DNA of 62,587 nucleotides, filler included, from Choristocarpus tenellus KU-1152 (taxonomy: Eukaryota > Protista > Phaeophyceae), in the NCBI GenBank assembly GCA_964200185.2. It is 9 parts of 9 records of this genome, joined end to end, with 100 filler letters (N's around TTAATTAATTAA, not from the genome) between each part and the next. Parts side by side here need not be neighbours in the genome. Positions count along the whole stretch, not along the records: positions 38,329 to 42,546 come from CAXNAD020015629.1; positions 42,647 to 46,325 come from CAXNAD020018558.1; positions 46,426 to 49,827 come from CAXNAD020020278.1; positions 49,928 to 54,768 come from CAXNAD020012842.1; 5 more parts are not named here. One strand, given 5' to 3'. Below are positions 40,169 through 52,402 of the stretch, piece by piece. Numbering within the stretch: the first letter of the stretch is position 1; every line of letters starts with the position of its first letter. The position numbers were made by a program, and so were the translations under genes. The notes below the pieces were generated by a model. It worked only from the letters and a program-made list of their open reading frames with translations. It searched no databases and had not been told where the DNA came from.

Positions 40169-41028
40169 GATATCTCATCAATAAAGTCGACACTACAACA
40201 TAACCAGTTTGTTGTGGGTTGACTATTTTCACGCCACCATCACAAGAAAGGTATCTCCAGTGTATACATTTCCTATTCTCCCTTGTTTTTTGGTTGGGTA
40301 ATCTTCGCGAGTTATGCCTCGCGAAGCGCCGGGATAACGCACCATTTTATTGATTCCCTCTCACTCACACCTGAACTTAAGTCTCAACAGGAGAGGGCGG
40401 GATTGCCCTGGAACTACTCTCGCACGCGCTAAGTGAGGGAGAGTGACCAGAGGCCTTTCGGGAGGAAGGTAATCATTCCAATCTCGTTGGAAGGAAGTTT
40501 ATCATTGAGCTGCTGTGTTGGTTTGAGCGCTTCATTTCTGGTTTGATGCTAAGGCACACTTGCACCTTTTCTCGTAATGATGGGTTTAAACCTACCGCAG
40601 GTCTTAATTGGTGACTGATTTGAGACTTCTGGCGCTCACTCCTCCTCAATATCCTTAGTGTGTAGACTCCAATCAATTGACTGGGCCAGGTAGCCTGAGT
40701 TCTTCGAATCCCATCGTTGACATTGCTGTTATGCCATTCGGACCCCTTCCGATCTCCTTTGTGATTCCGGTCATAGAAAAGTAGACTTCTACGTCCATTC
40801 AGATAGCCCAAAACGTATTCAATGTACTCTGGTGGTGTTAACTTCTCATGCCGCACGATCTCCTTGAAACCAACTGGTGCGGCTCCATCACCTCGATGTG
40901 TTTCTCTCATCTTGAACTATGGAACTTTCTGTTCCATGCGCGTTCTTATCGTCTATTTCCTATCGATGAAATGACCCTAGTTCAACACGCCTCTTTGTCG
41001 GCTCCCCCTGTAAGAAGGGGGCTGAACC

Positions 41029-42546
41029 ATGGAAGATGGAGGGACAGGTCGCTCGGCAGGATTTTTGTCCTCCGGTGGAGGGGGTGGCGCCCCTCTTATC
41101 AATGTGAACGTCAAGACCTTGAGTGGAAGTGACTTCGAGCTACAAGTTCCCCCAGATATTCTCGTGTCGGATTTGAAAGTACGAGTGCGGGAGAGAACAG
41201 AGGTTGAGGAGGTGAGTTATGCCGAGCCCCCAAGTTTTCTTGACTGGAGGTGTCCAATCTCTTGTCGCGAGACTAAAGCGGACCATCCAAAATCAACAAG
41301 AGAGATAATCCAGTCGCCCTTATGTGCTATGGAGGATTTCCTTAATGTGCGGTGGTTACAAAAAGGGAATGCACTGGTGGTGTCAATAATCCCATGCCGC
41401 ACTACTGGTCTTACGGCTATATTGTACCGCCTTAGTACTTGCTGCGGTGGTATTCCTTGCCATCTAGAATGTAAAAATGCTAGTTTGTTTAAGTTAGGTG
41501 ATCTTGAGAGAAGGATTTCCATACACCAAGAAAGAGGTATTGCCATCAGAGAGACTTATTTTCTGCTTTTCATTGTTTTTTTTCCAGATACTTATTTTTA
41601 CTGAGTACTGATTGGGTCAATTTTTGAGTGAAAGATTTGACCCTGTTAGTGTCATGTGGTATGTGATACTGACAGTGTATGATGATGTTACGTGTTTGGG
41701 AGCAAAATTATTCTCGTGAAGTGTTACAGCACTTGAGCCTTTGATGCGAACGTGTAGGCACCTGTGTTGTACTGTATTCAAATGAGATTACTGCTTATCC
41801 TGTAAACTACCTTTGTGGTTGACAGATGCAACCGAAAAAGACCCTGTCCCGTGCAAGATTTTTTTCAAACACATAGTCCATAGATGTGCAACCAACAAGC
41901 CCTAAAAGTATTTTTGTTAAGGGTGTGTTGTGCCGTATTTGGGCAGTAACTGATTACGCTCAAATGTACACTAAGGCACAGCCCTCACAGTCAATTGATG
42001 TGCCACAACCCACAAACTGCATTAATACCCTTGCACATCATCTACCCCCCCCACCCGCCCCCCCTAACCCTTGGACCAGTCTCGTCAGCGGCTGATCTTC
42101 CGAGGAAAGGTGCTAAATGATACTGAACCTCTGACTGTATACAAGGTAGAGACGGGGCAGAGCCTCCACATGGTTGCTCGCCCACGTGATGTTCCCCAAC
42201 CCACACCCCTGGCTCCCACCCATGGGAGTGGAATTGATGCTGCCGCCACTGAAAACACCCCTATTATGGGAAGGGGTATAGGTGGGGTGAGGAGGCTCGG
42301 TCGTCCGCGAGCTCATGCCATGGGCATGGGTATTGGACCAATGAGAATTGCCCCCTCTCAGATATTGGGGTTCGATGAGAATCATGGCATGCAGCCCAGT
42401 GGGGGACGAGCCGATGCCACGGGAGATGGAACTGCCAGAGGTAGAGCAACTGCAGTTGGAACTGACAGTCCAGGTGGAGCTGAAATGTTTGGACTGGGCC
42501 CTGGAGTTGGCGTAAATGGCCCTGGGGCCGGAAGTGCTATGTCCAC
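41029..42546 (+). CDS. N-terminal ubiquitin-like domain protein (BAG6/ubiquilin-like), 5' part
   Basis: Exons 41029-41211 and 42080 to the gap: INVNVKTLSGSDFELQV...LKVRVRERTEVEE|SRQRLIFRGKVLNDTEPLTVYKVETGQSLHMVARP, followed by a Gly/Pro-rich region. Confidence 0.8.
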
Positions 42547-44360
42547 NNNNNNNNNNNNNNNNNNNNNNNNNNNNNNNNNNNNNNNNNNNNTTAATTAATT
42601 AANNNNNNNNNNNNNNNNNNNNNNNNNNNNNNNNNNNNNNNNNNNNTTGCACGCCCCATAGCCAACCCCGATGATGCGTAGTCACCCTGCCAATACACCA
42701 GGAAAAAAATTGGTGTGGAGGTGGGAGCGACGGGACGTGACGAGACAGGGACGGGACGGGACGGGACAGGACGGGGAGAGAGGAAGTAACACCTAGATTG
42801 AGGTATCAAGGAAGGTCTTAGGTGACTTGTAGATCACATTCCATTGGTTGAAACTTTACTCCATGTACCCTGTCTGTATGTTCACTGCCCCTCCAATCTT
42901 CTCATCAGCGGAGCTAAATATTGCATTGTTGGCATTTAATTTTAAAAAATAAATAAAATAGATAAATAAATAAAAAACAGAAAATGAAAAATACACACAC
43001 ACACACTGGCGAAGGAAGTAAGTGCGCAGTGTGGCGTGGTGTGGTGTGACTAGCGTAATCACATTTATTTATTTTTTTATTTCTTTCTTAAGCAAGTGCA
43101 TGTCAGATTCCTTTGTATACCCATTACCAATGGTGTTAAATGCCACGTCATCGCCACCCCATCAACCTAGCACTGATGTATCGGGTCTTCACAGGTTTGT
43201 TTAGCCGGTGGATCCACCAGACCAAAGGCCCTATTGAAACTGTCGCTTCACGTCAGCCAAGGGTGAAAAACAACTGAAAAAATATCAAGAGCCAACCACG
43301 TGTTATACACCTGAATGTAGTTCAATGCTGAGTCAGACAGGACAGGAGCACTGCTCTTTTCGTGTGCTCTCTCCCCTACCTTACACTAAGTGTTGATAGG
43401 ATAGGATAGGAGAGATTAGAACAGCACCCAAGTCATTACCACCTGCATAGTACCTGCAAGGCTACCTTCATCACTCAAGATACCATTTCCGACAGCATCT
43501 CCAATGTAGAAGTATATACTTGAGCACATACTTCTGAGGAACCAGAGTGTTACCACAAATGAGACGTCGCTTTCAACCCGAAAAATCAGGATACACACTC
43601 AAAATAGAGCACTACATGGTATAGATATTATATATACATACACATATCACACACCCCTCTGCTATCGCCAATAACGCTTGGGATGATGACAAGCAAAGAG
43701 CTACAGAGTTACTGAAGCACAGTCAGATATGTCGATGTGGGAGGTGGTTGGGAGGGGGAGGGGGGAAAGCCAATATCAATGCTGCAAATTTCGCAGTGTC
43801 TGTCCAACAGAAGAGTACCAAGCCCATGCAATACACGGAATGTTGTGTTTGCTCTGTCAATCTCTAAACCGACTTAGAAAAAAAAAAAGAAGCTAACTTA
43901 ATCACACACTAATATAGGAAAGTCTGGTCTGATTTAGCAAACTCGTCAAAAAAGACTTCTATTACTATCATTCTTCTTATCATCACAATAACCTTTCTTT
44001 TTCACAAAATCCAAACGAACACCCCCCCCCCCCCCCATGGCACATTAAAACAAAAAATAAAAAAGGGGCTCGGACAAACTCAGCACAGCCAAGTAGAAGA
44101 AATAGTGCTGCAGTATAAACAGGAGCATTACAGCGCATTCACTGCAATAGTATTACAATATCAAAAGAAGTGTATTGCAAGGGATGAACTAACCCGTTGA
44201 CATTACAACATCAAACATAAACACATACAAATAAATACACACACACTGCCAACAAATCCATTCTTCCCACAACAGTCCCAACAGCAGAGACCATCTTATT
44301 CGGCAGAAATTCCTGACACACTCTCAACAAACCCCCACCTAATTGGCAACAACACTAAAG

Positions 44361-44384
44361 AACCCTAACCCTAACCCTAACCCT
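44361..44384. repeat. Short interstitial telomere-type (CCCTAA)n
   Basis: AACCCTAACCCTAACCCTAACCCT, in an intron. Confidence 0.8.
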
Positions 44385-44427
44385 CCCCCCCCCCTCCCTC
44401 ATTTTTTTCATTTTCAGCTCATCTCAC

Positions 44428-45162
44428 CTGCAAGAAGAGGGACATCACACTTCCAGGCATCTTGGACACCACCCCCAATCCCCCCCCATCATCCTCTTCA
44501 TCACTCGACCACACCAAACCCTGATGGACATCCCCACCTCGCTCCCCTAATCCTGAGCCAAAGTGTTCTGCAATGACAGGATTACCCTGCCCAGCAAAGA
44601 GCGGCAAGGGGAACATATTCTCCCCATTAGCTTCCCTGTGCCCATCACCATCATTAGCTCGTTCACCCAAGCCTTCTCCTCGTCCTCCTCCTCCGATCCC
44701 CTCATTCCTTTTCCCCCCAATAGGCCTTTCCTCTACTTCCAACTTCATTTCCTCTCCCATCCTGATAACGGCACAATCAGGGACCACCTCAGGTCTCTTC
44801 ACCGAATTTAGATCCCTGGGAGAATCCAGGCTTCCAATAGGAGTGCGTTTACTCCCCCCCCCGAGCGGCTCTTTACCCAGTTCTACAATCCCCCTCTTCT
44901 CATCCTCTCCCTTCTGCCTGCCTTTTTTCCGGAGTAGCCCTGTGTCAAAGCCATTGACGTTGTCCAGTGAGGGTTTGCTATTATGCCAGAAGGCCGACAG
45001 CCTGTCACCAGATCTGATGCCCCCATTGCTCTGTTCATTCCGACCGATCCCTACCCCCCAGTCTGAAGCTGGCTCAGTCGCAGTAGCACGTAGCTTTGAT
45101 CCACCAACCACAAACGCCACATACAGGACATACAAAACCAAGAAGTAGGATGCTGACCATAC
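44428..45162 (-). CDS. Internal exon of a membrane protein, probably a cation/Ca2+ exchanger (CCX/NCLX-like)
   Basis: CAG| ... |GTGAGA phase-0 exon of 245 codons: VWSASYFLVLYVLYVAFVVGG (TM helix resembling the end of the first Na_Ca_ex repeat), then a long charged loop. Other exons were not resolved; a candidate next exon starts near 42687. Confidence 0.45.
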
Positions 45163-46269
45163 CTGGTGATATTGTCATAAGGCAAGAACAAGTGTGAGTA
45201 AGGAAGGCAGTAGAATGAAATTATCCTGTTCAGTGCCTGTAAAAAGAGAATTGCACCTGGGAGCATGCACCCTCCAAAATCCCAAACACAGATAGACCTT
45301 TGTAGGGATGAGAAAGCTCTTTCTCATTCACTATTTATTATCAATCCCCCAATCTCAATTCTAACAATAAAAATAATATAATATAATATAATATAATATA
45401 AAATAAATATTTATTTATTTACTTTTTTCAGAGCATGGTCAACGGAAATAACTTCAACTTGGAAATATTTTTTGCTGTAACAGTATACCATTTTCTTTTT
45501 TTCACTTTGTATCACCTACTACTACACAACTAAAAAATAATAAACAAACAAAAACCCCTTTTCATTATTTTTGATAGGGATGGTCACCCAGGGTGAGTTG
45601 AGACAGAATTTATTTATTCATCATCTCGCTGATTGGCCCACGGGGGAAGGGGGGAGGGGTGGGGGGGAGAGGGGAGCAAAACAGCACTCGTACGAGTTGT
45701 TTTTGCAATGTGTATTCACTACACAGCAAGTGGCAACCAGCCCCCCCTTCCCAAGCAAGTACATACAATAATAATCTCATCTCCACAAACACGCTATTAG
45801 CTCAATGTGACCCTTGAGACAGTCTATTGGATGATACGTCGCTCTTAAAAATGAAGCTGAGAAAAAAAAAAAAACGAGGCACCACCACAACATAAAAAAG
45901 AAAAATTCCTTTTATCCTATAGCCCAGGTTCCTGTACGCACCACATAGGTACATGGGGTTGGATGTGTCGAAAGCACAGCAGTCAATGCATCCAACTCCC
46001 TCAATTCTTGAGTTAGGGATAGATAGATAGTTAAGAGGTTCACATTTTCCGGACGAACGGTTTTGCTTTCTTCTTGCACGGGGAAACATTTGTTCTTATT
46101 AAAAACAAGAACAAAAATAACAATCCCGAGAAGAGATTTCCAAATTACAGGTCGAAATCATACTAACGGTTTTGTTCTCAGGTCACGTAGGCATTCCTTT
46201 CACTCTTAACGATTCCATCGATATCGACTAACCCCCTCCCAGGGCATTCATTGGCTGAACCCTTTCCCC

Positions 46270-46305
<36 letters not shown>

Positions 46306-46425
46306 CCCCACACCAATAAACACCCNNNNNNNNNNNNNNNNNNNNNNNNNNNNNNNNNNNNNNNNNNNNTTAATTAATTAANNNNNNNNNNNNNNNNNNN
46401 NNNNNNNNNNNNNNNNNNNNNNNNN

Positions 46426-46500
46426 AGCAAAAAAAGAGTTGTTTGACCGAAATGGACGCCCCCTCACAAACCACCACCCCCCCCCCAGATACTTTTACCC
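46426..46500 (-). mobile_element. MITE family B end next to gap
   Basis: TTTGACCGAAATGGACGCCCCCTCACAAACCACC...CCAGATACTTTTACCC, closely matching 23144-23207. Confidence 0.8.
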
Positions 46501-48620
46501 AAATATCCTATTTTCTTCAGATCATTCCTGCTATCTGGAGTACTTTGCACTAGAATACTCAATATTTAAATTGGAGCTCTCATCACAGCTTCCTCCTGTC
46601 ACTAGACCTCAACTGTATCTCTTTGTAGTTTGCCCCTCTCTGATGCCCCCCTCAATCCTGTTCATCGTACCTCCTTGTAGTTGTTGTGCTGGGCATGCAA
46701 AGCAGATTCATCGGCATCCTGTTGGGGTTGCATTGTTTCTTGTTTCTCGTTACAAACTATGTATCCAATTGACCCAAGGGAATAAATACATTGTCAAAGT
46801 AATACCGTGATAATAACTGGTGTGCAACAAATTCACTGCGCCATCTCTCATATTTTCATGCCCATCAGCTTATCTACCAGCATGGATGTTCCTTCGAGGG
46901 AAACGACCTCAGGAGCTCATGCATTCATTTTATTTCACAGAAGAACTTGATACTAGTCCTGCCAGACTATGGCTGAACTAGCCTTCTAAGGATTAATTGG
47001 TCGACTCACTGAATGAAGTACTTATGGAGCAAGTCATATGAAGAGCGATTGGCCAGGAAAACGTGCCTTCCTTACTAAGTTTGCCTCCTTGGAATTGGTT
47101 CATGTTGCTTTGTCTACCCCCAACCTTCCTGCGCTAAACCGCCCTAGCCGTGCCGGGCCAGGCCCTCCACTCCTTGTATTTTGATTGAAACATGGCTATG
47201 AATCTTCGCTCACTTCCCTGGACAAGCAACTCCAAATTGAAGCTGATGCTAGTCGAATATCCCACTTTAAAACCGAATGAGAGAACCAAAGTAACCGTGA
47301 TCGCGATCGGTCATGTATAGCATTACCCCACCCTCTCAGACAACAGTCTCTTGCCAGAGGTCTCGATCCTGTGGTATTGTTTACTTCCCATTCCAGCCTT
47401 GGGCCACAACTACTGGCCAAGCGGATAGCCTAGGAAGCAGTGAAGTAACACCTTATCAATATTGTCTTGGAGGTCTCCTCCTTTAGGCTCCTGGTCTTGC
47501 AGCCGGCAGCAATAGCATCCCTGTTAGATATCAGCAAGCCGCCTACCTTCTTGAGGACTGGCCTGGCAATTACCTTCCCTATCTCATCACTTCAGAAAAT
47601 CATTGGCCTCATGGTTCATCAGTTATAGACAAAGGTCTGCAGATGCAGTGAAGGCACAAGGTGGGCGAAAGAGGTCACAGAATGTGTTTTTTCTTGGGGA
47701 AAGTGCCCTGGGAAGTCCTCCTGGAGTCAAGTCATAGTTTCTTCCTCAACAAGGGCATTCACATCTGAGGCTTTCCAGGTTTTGTTTGCTTACCTAGAAC
47801 ACACAGCATCACAGGACAAGTTTTGTGGTGATGGACTCCAGCCCCAACCTGGCCGCAGCCCAAAGTCATTATTCCAAAGAAATAGTTGCAATCTTTGTCC
47901 ACCACACTTCACTGGGAAGAGTAATTGGGTAATACCTCACAACTATAGCCCTCTGCTCCACTGAGCTGTCACACATTTAATGCTCTCATCAAAATTTTGG
48001 GCTGTTCTTGTTGCTGCTGCTCTCTGCAGCGTAATCCATAGCTACCATGCAGCTGCAAGAGTCACATATCTTCAGAAACTTGAACATGTTATAAGCAATG
48101 GTCTTGGAGAACTTGGTTGTGTTGCCCCATTGATGACATTAGATTTTTTCTGTGGGCTCTTGAGAGAAGGTGCTGCAAATGACGAAAAATACTTCTATTG
48201 TGGAATACTTTTCTTGTAGTATAATTCTTCAAGACGCGTAGAAATAGCGTAATCGGTTCGTTCGATCACATCTATTGTGCAATCACATTCTCCTTCCTCT
48301 TGTTGTCTAGCAATATCACACATCAATATGTTCACAGTGTTGTATCATTTTGCGCTTTTTTTGCAGTGTTTGTACAGATAAGATTATATTCATGCTCCTT
48401 AGTTTGTGACTTGGACGTGATAGGATATAAAGAGGCCAGCTAGTACATTGCACAGGCAGACACAATTCATAGCTGTTTGTAGACCATATGATTATTATTG
48501 CTTGTCTGAAGACGGATGTATCTCCATTTTGAAGCTCCAACTCAATCCTGTGCAGTCCTTTGACTGGACAGACCAAACATCCTTGGAGTATTATACCAAA
48601 TACACAAAAACAGGTTCCAT

Positions 48621-48856
48621 TCCGGTCTTCACCTGTTGTCGTGATAACAAAAAATACGATTTTTTTAAAGATCGATATTGAAATGAGGGCAGTACCACAA
48701 CTATTGCCTTTGCTATTTCCTCTCCGAATTCAATATTGTTTTCCGATCTTCACCTGTTGTAGTGATAACAAAAAAACTATTTTTTTTAAGATTGATATTG
48801 GAATGAGGGCAGTACCACAACTATTGCCTTTGCTATTTCCTCTCCAAATTTAATTG
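48621..48856. repeat. Tandem duplication of about 120 bp
   Basis: TCTTCACCTGTTGT..TGATAACAAAAAA...AATGAGGGCAGTACCACAACTATTGCCTTTGCTATTTCCTCTCC occurs twice. Confidence 0.9.
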
Positions 48857-49273
48857 TGTTTAGCACCTTGATCTTGACTGAACTCTTACACCAAAATGGA
48901 AACTGTCTACCTGTTCTTCCCTCTCCTCTCCCATTTTCATCCTCTCAATCAACGGATTTTTCACACCAATGGACGGGTAACAACAAGGCAAGTAATGAGG
49001 AGAAGCCTTGTCCTCGGGACCTGACTCCATATCTTGATATATTCAAAAGGCACCAGGGGGATATTCAAGCAATCTTCAATGAGCTGGGCGAGGACCCTGG
49101 GTAAGGCTTCAAAGTCTCTAAGCATCAGTCCTGTATAGAACACTTGCAGCATGAAGCATGCTGCCTGAGATTTGCATTGGATGGGAGATTTTCCCCTCTG
49201 GCTTTAAAATATTTCCCATGCAATGTTTAAGTATGGTAGACTATGTCTTATAATAGGTTTAAGTGAAGTTTCT

Positions 49274-49533
49274 GAGTCAAAGTATCTTAGAGGGTAGAGC
49301 CGCGTCCGTTTGGGACCCAAAATCCAATGTTGTGATTTTGATGTAATTTTGGCTACGTGTTTGTTAGGAAGTGCCAATATCCTTGTTCCAGACACACCTT
49401 TTTTCATAACGTATACATTTTACTTACTCCAAAATGTTTCGGAGCAGGCAAATGTCATTAAAAAACCTGTGGGAAGCCAAGCGCCAAACGAATAAACAGG
49501 GCAAAAATTGTACCCTCTAAGATTCTCTGGCTC
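49274..49533 (+). mobile_element. MITE family A, TSD TTCT
   Basis: GAGTCAAAGTATCTTAGAGGGTAG ... TACCCTCTAAGATTCTCTGGCTC, with TTCT on both flanks. Confidence 0.9.
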
Positions 49534-49806
49534 TTCTAATTGCTGGCTTGGCTGAGCCTGCCAAGTTTGCTTGGTTTGGGATTAGAGCACATACTGTGCT
49601 CTACTAAACATGAAGCTGTGCTTCGAATTAACATACAATGTTCTATTTCCAAGAACACAAAATACTCCAGCAATGGTGATAATTGAATCTAGAGAGTTAA
49701 AAATACAGTTCTGCATGGTAAAAAAGCAACAATCTCAAGTGCATTGATTTTGTGCCCATGTGCCTCTATCTGCTTGAAACAATGCAACGGGGTAGCAAGC
49801 CATTCT

Positions 49807-49827
49807 GGGTCAAAGTATCTGGGGGGG
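49807..49827 (+). mobile_element. MITE family B left TIR at contig end
   Basis: GGGTCAAAGTATCTGGGGGGG followed by the gap. Confidence 0.7.
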
Positions 49828-51632
49828 NNNNNNNNNNNNNNNNNNNNNNNNNNNNNNNNNNNNNNNNNNNNTTAATTAATTAANNNNNNNNNNNNNNNNN
49901 NNNNNNNNNNNNNNNNNNNNNNNNNNNACTGTTGACACAAAGTAGATAGTGCCTGAGGTCACGGAGTGAATTTGTATTATCACCTTGACATTTTGCTGTT
50001 GCAGGCTTTTGGATTGGTTGAAATGTTGCTTTTCTTTCCTGCTTGATGTAAAAAGTTTCCTAAGTATAAATATTGTGTTATGTTTGAAGGTTGCGATAAT
50101 CACATGCATGTGATGAATGAGTTTAATAACCTCTGGTTTCTCTAAAAATTTTCCATGGCCAACCAATAACAATATAAATCTGTTTGGAACTGTTTTCTTT
50201 TTTAGGAGGACTTGACGGGGAACAAGGACTAGACTGCTGCGAGAAAATGTTTTTGTGTTTCTTATTGGGATGGGTTTGGGGGTGAAGATGAGATCCTCCG
50301 GAGATGTTTTATCCTGTTTTTTGTGACAGTGTTTGTCGTTGTCCTCTTTTCACGCTTCTGGTATGTTTTTGTGATCTGTTGTACTATTGGTACAAATGTG
50401 TTTTGAGTGGAAATTATTAAAAGCAGTAATTTCTGTAGCAAATCTTGAAACTTGGGAGGAGGTTCAATTCTTCCCAAGGAACGTTCTGCATTGTCTGTGC
50501 CTAATGAGTATAATATGTGTTGAGTGGCTTCAATGTATGTACCTCAATCTGGTAATGGTGTTGGTAGTGAGAGGACATCTGTTGCGGTTGTATGTTGACT
50601 GTGGATGTTGAAAAAACATGAGTAGATATTATCACCCATTGGCCGATATTATTATTATATGTGAGTATTGTGTATTGTGTCCCTTGTATTCCACTGTTGA
50701 TTTTGGGTGTAAGGAGGCTGGTATCCCGTTTCCTTGTTCCCTTTGTCTTACTTGCTTGACACTAGTGCGATGTTAGATGAATATCCTAGCCTTGTACTAA
50801 AATTTCTCCTGGTACTTTATTTTGAACCTTTTTGAAACGTCTTGACCGTCATGACATGAGTGAGGGGCTTGCACGCATTTGTCTGCCATGTAGGTAGAAT
50901 CATTGAGTCTTTTGTGCAGAGGGATATATTGCACATTACCCTTTGATTTTTTTCTATTTTTTCAAAAGATTTTACCCCTGCAGAGAGTTGGATGCGCCTG
51001 GATTATTGTGTTTACAAGAATCCTGCCAGGTGAGTATTGGAACATTTCAGGCGGGTACCACCGCAGCTAATTCTGGTGCATAACAAGTATGTGGAGAAGA
51101 AAATACAATAACAGTGATATATTGTTGTTGGGCAGTGAGTGTCCTGCGCCTTTAGTCTGTGTGCTTGTTTATTGTTTGTTTGTGTCTAATGTACTACCTT
51201 AAGTAAAATACTAGCTTATCTTTTTTCTAGGTGACGATCAGCACTTGCTGTTGCTTTTCCTTTCTCGTATATCACAACTATCAGCACTCATTTAATGTTA
51301 TGGCATGATCATCGTGACTCAGACTCTGGGTGTTTGCATATTCTAGCAGCACCAGTCGCAGGTGCGGTTTTGAGGTGAAGCGTCCAAAATGAAAGGATCA
51401 CTAAAAAGCTATTAACTCTCTGCCTCTTTTCAATTTGAAATGGTATGCTGTTCGATATTCCTTTTTTCATATAACACAGTTGTCAACGGAAAGAGAACTC
51501 ACCAAAACCCAATAACGCTTTTTGTTGTCTCTAGTATTTTTAAGAATACAAATGTCCCAACAATTTAGGATTTTGTACTTGAAAAATTAGAGGGTGCCAG
51601 TTTTTTTGTACCTTTTTGGTTTCTGAAGATTG

Positions 51633-52402
51633 GAAACGTACAAGATGAATGAAGTATGTGTTTTGTATTTAAGTAAATTGTAAGTATGGACATGATATAA
51701 TCTGATTTACAATTCCCGAAAATCACAATGCACGGATTTTCCTGATGATGGATCTCATGGTGGTCCCACGGATCGCCCGGAGCAGAAACAAAGTTGTTTT
51801 CTGAAGAATAAAAACGTACAAGAAGAATAAAGTATGTGATTGTATTTTATAAAATTGAAAGTATGGATATTGTGCAATATAGGCTGGTAGTCTATATGGT
51901 TTACTGGTATTTAGTGACCACTATTAGAAAACAGCAAAGTTAGCTAACTGGAACAATCGTTGACTTGTTTTCGTGTTCTCACTCAGAGTAATAAGTTCGA
52001 ATCTCAGATGATTGATTTCTTATTACTTGATATAGATGGACTGATAACAGGGGATTTTGTAAATTGAGGATGGAGGGTACTATTGAGCATGGGTTTGACC
52101 GAAAATGGTGCGGAAAAAGTGCTGATATGTTTTTTACGTTTGATGTGTTGTCAGCTGATGTGTCAGCTGACACATGCAATAAACGCTATGATCACAAAAG
52201 AGAGCACACCCCCACCACCGAGGGCTGTGCTTACTCCGCTAATAAGCACATCCGTACCACACGAAGCAAAATACTCTACTTGAGTAGCTCTCTTTTGCAA
52301 AGATATATCGGATTTACAACTTCGGAAACCTGTAATGCACAGATTTTCTGGATCATGGATCTCAGGGTGGTTCCACGGATCGCCCGGAGCTCAAACAAAG
52401 TT
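51633..52402. repeat. Interleaved imperfect direct repeats (probable TE subterminal region)
   Basis: 51633-51693 resembles 51811-51870, and 51704-51795 resembles 52311-52402 (shared CCACGGATCGCCCGGAGC). Confidence 0.75.

Noticed and set aside
44573-45148. 191-aa Pro/Ser-rich plus-strand ORF
   Set aside because: Antisense shadow of the minus-strand exon at 44428-45162.
46900-48240. Coding-like GC-richer stretch, possible retroelement relic
   Set aside because: No diagnostic RT, endonuclease or integrase motif could be read.
48621-48856. Possible CRISPR-like repeat-spacer structure
   Set aside because: Just two adjacent copies of about 120 bp with no unique spacers, in a eukaryotic context.
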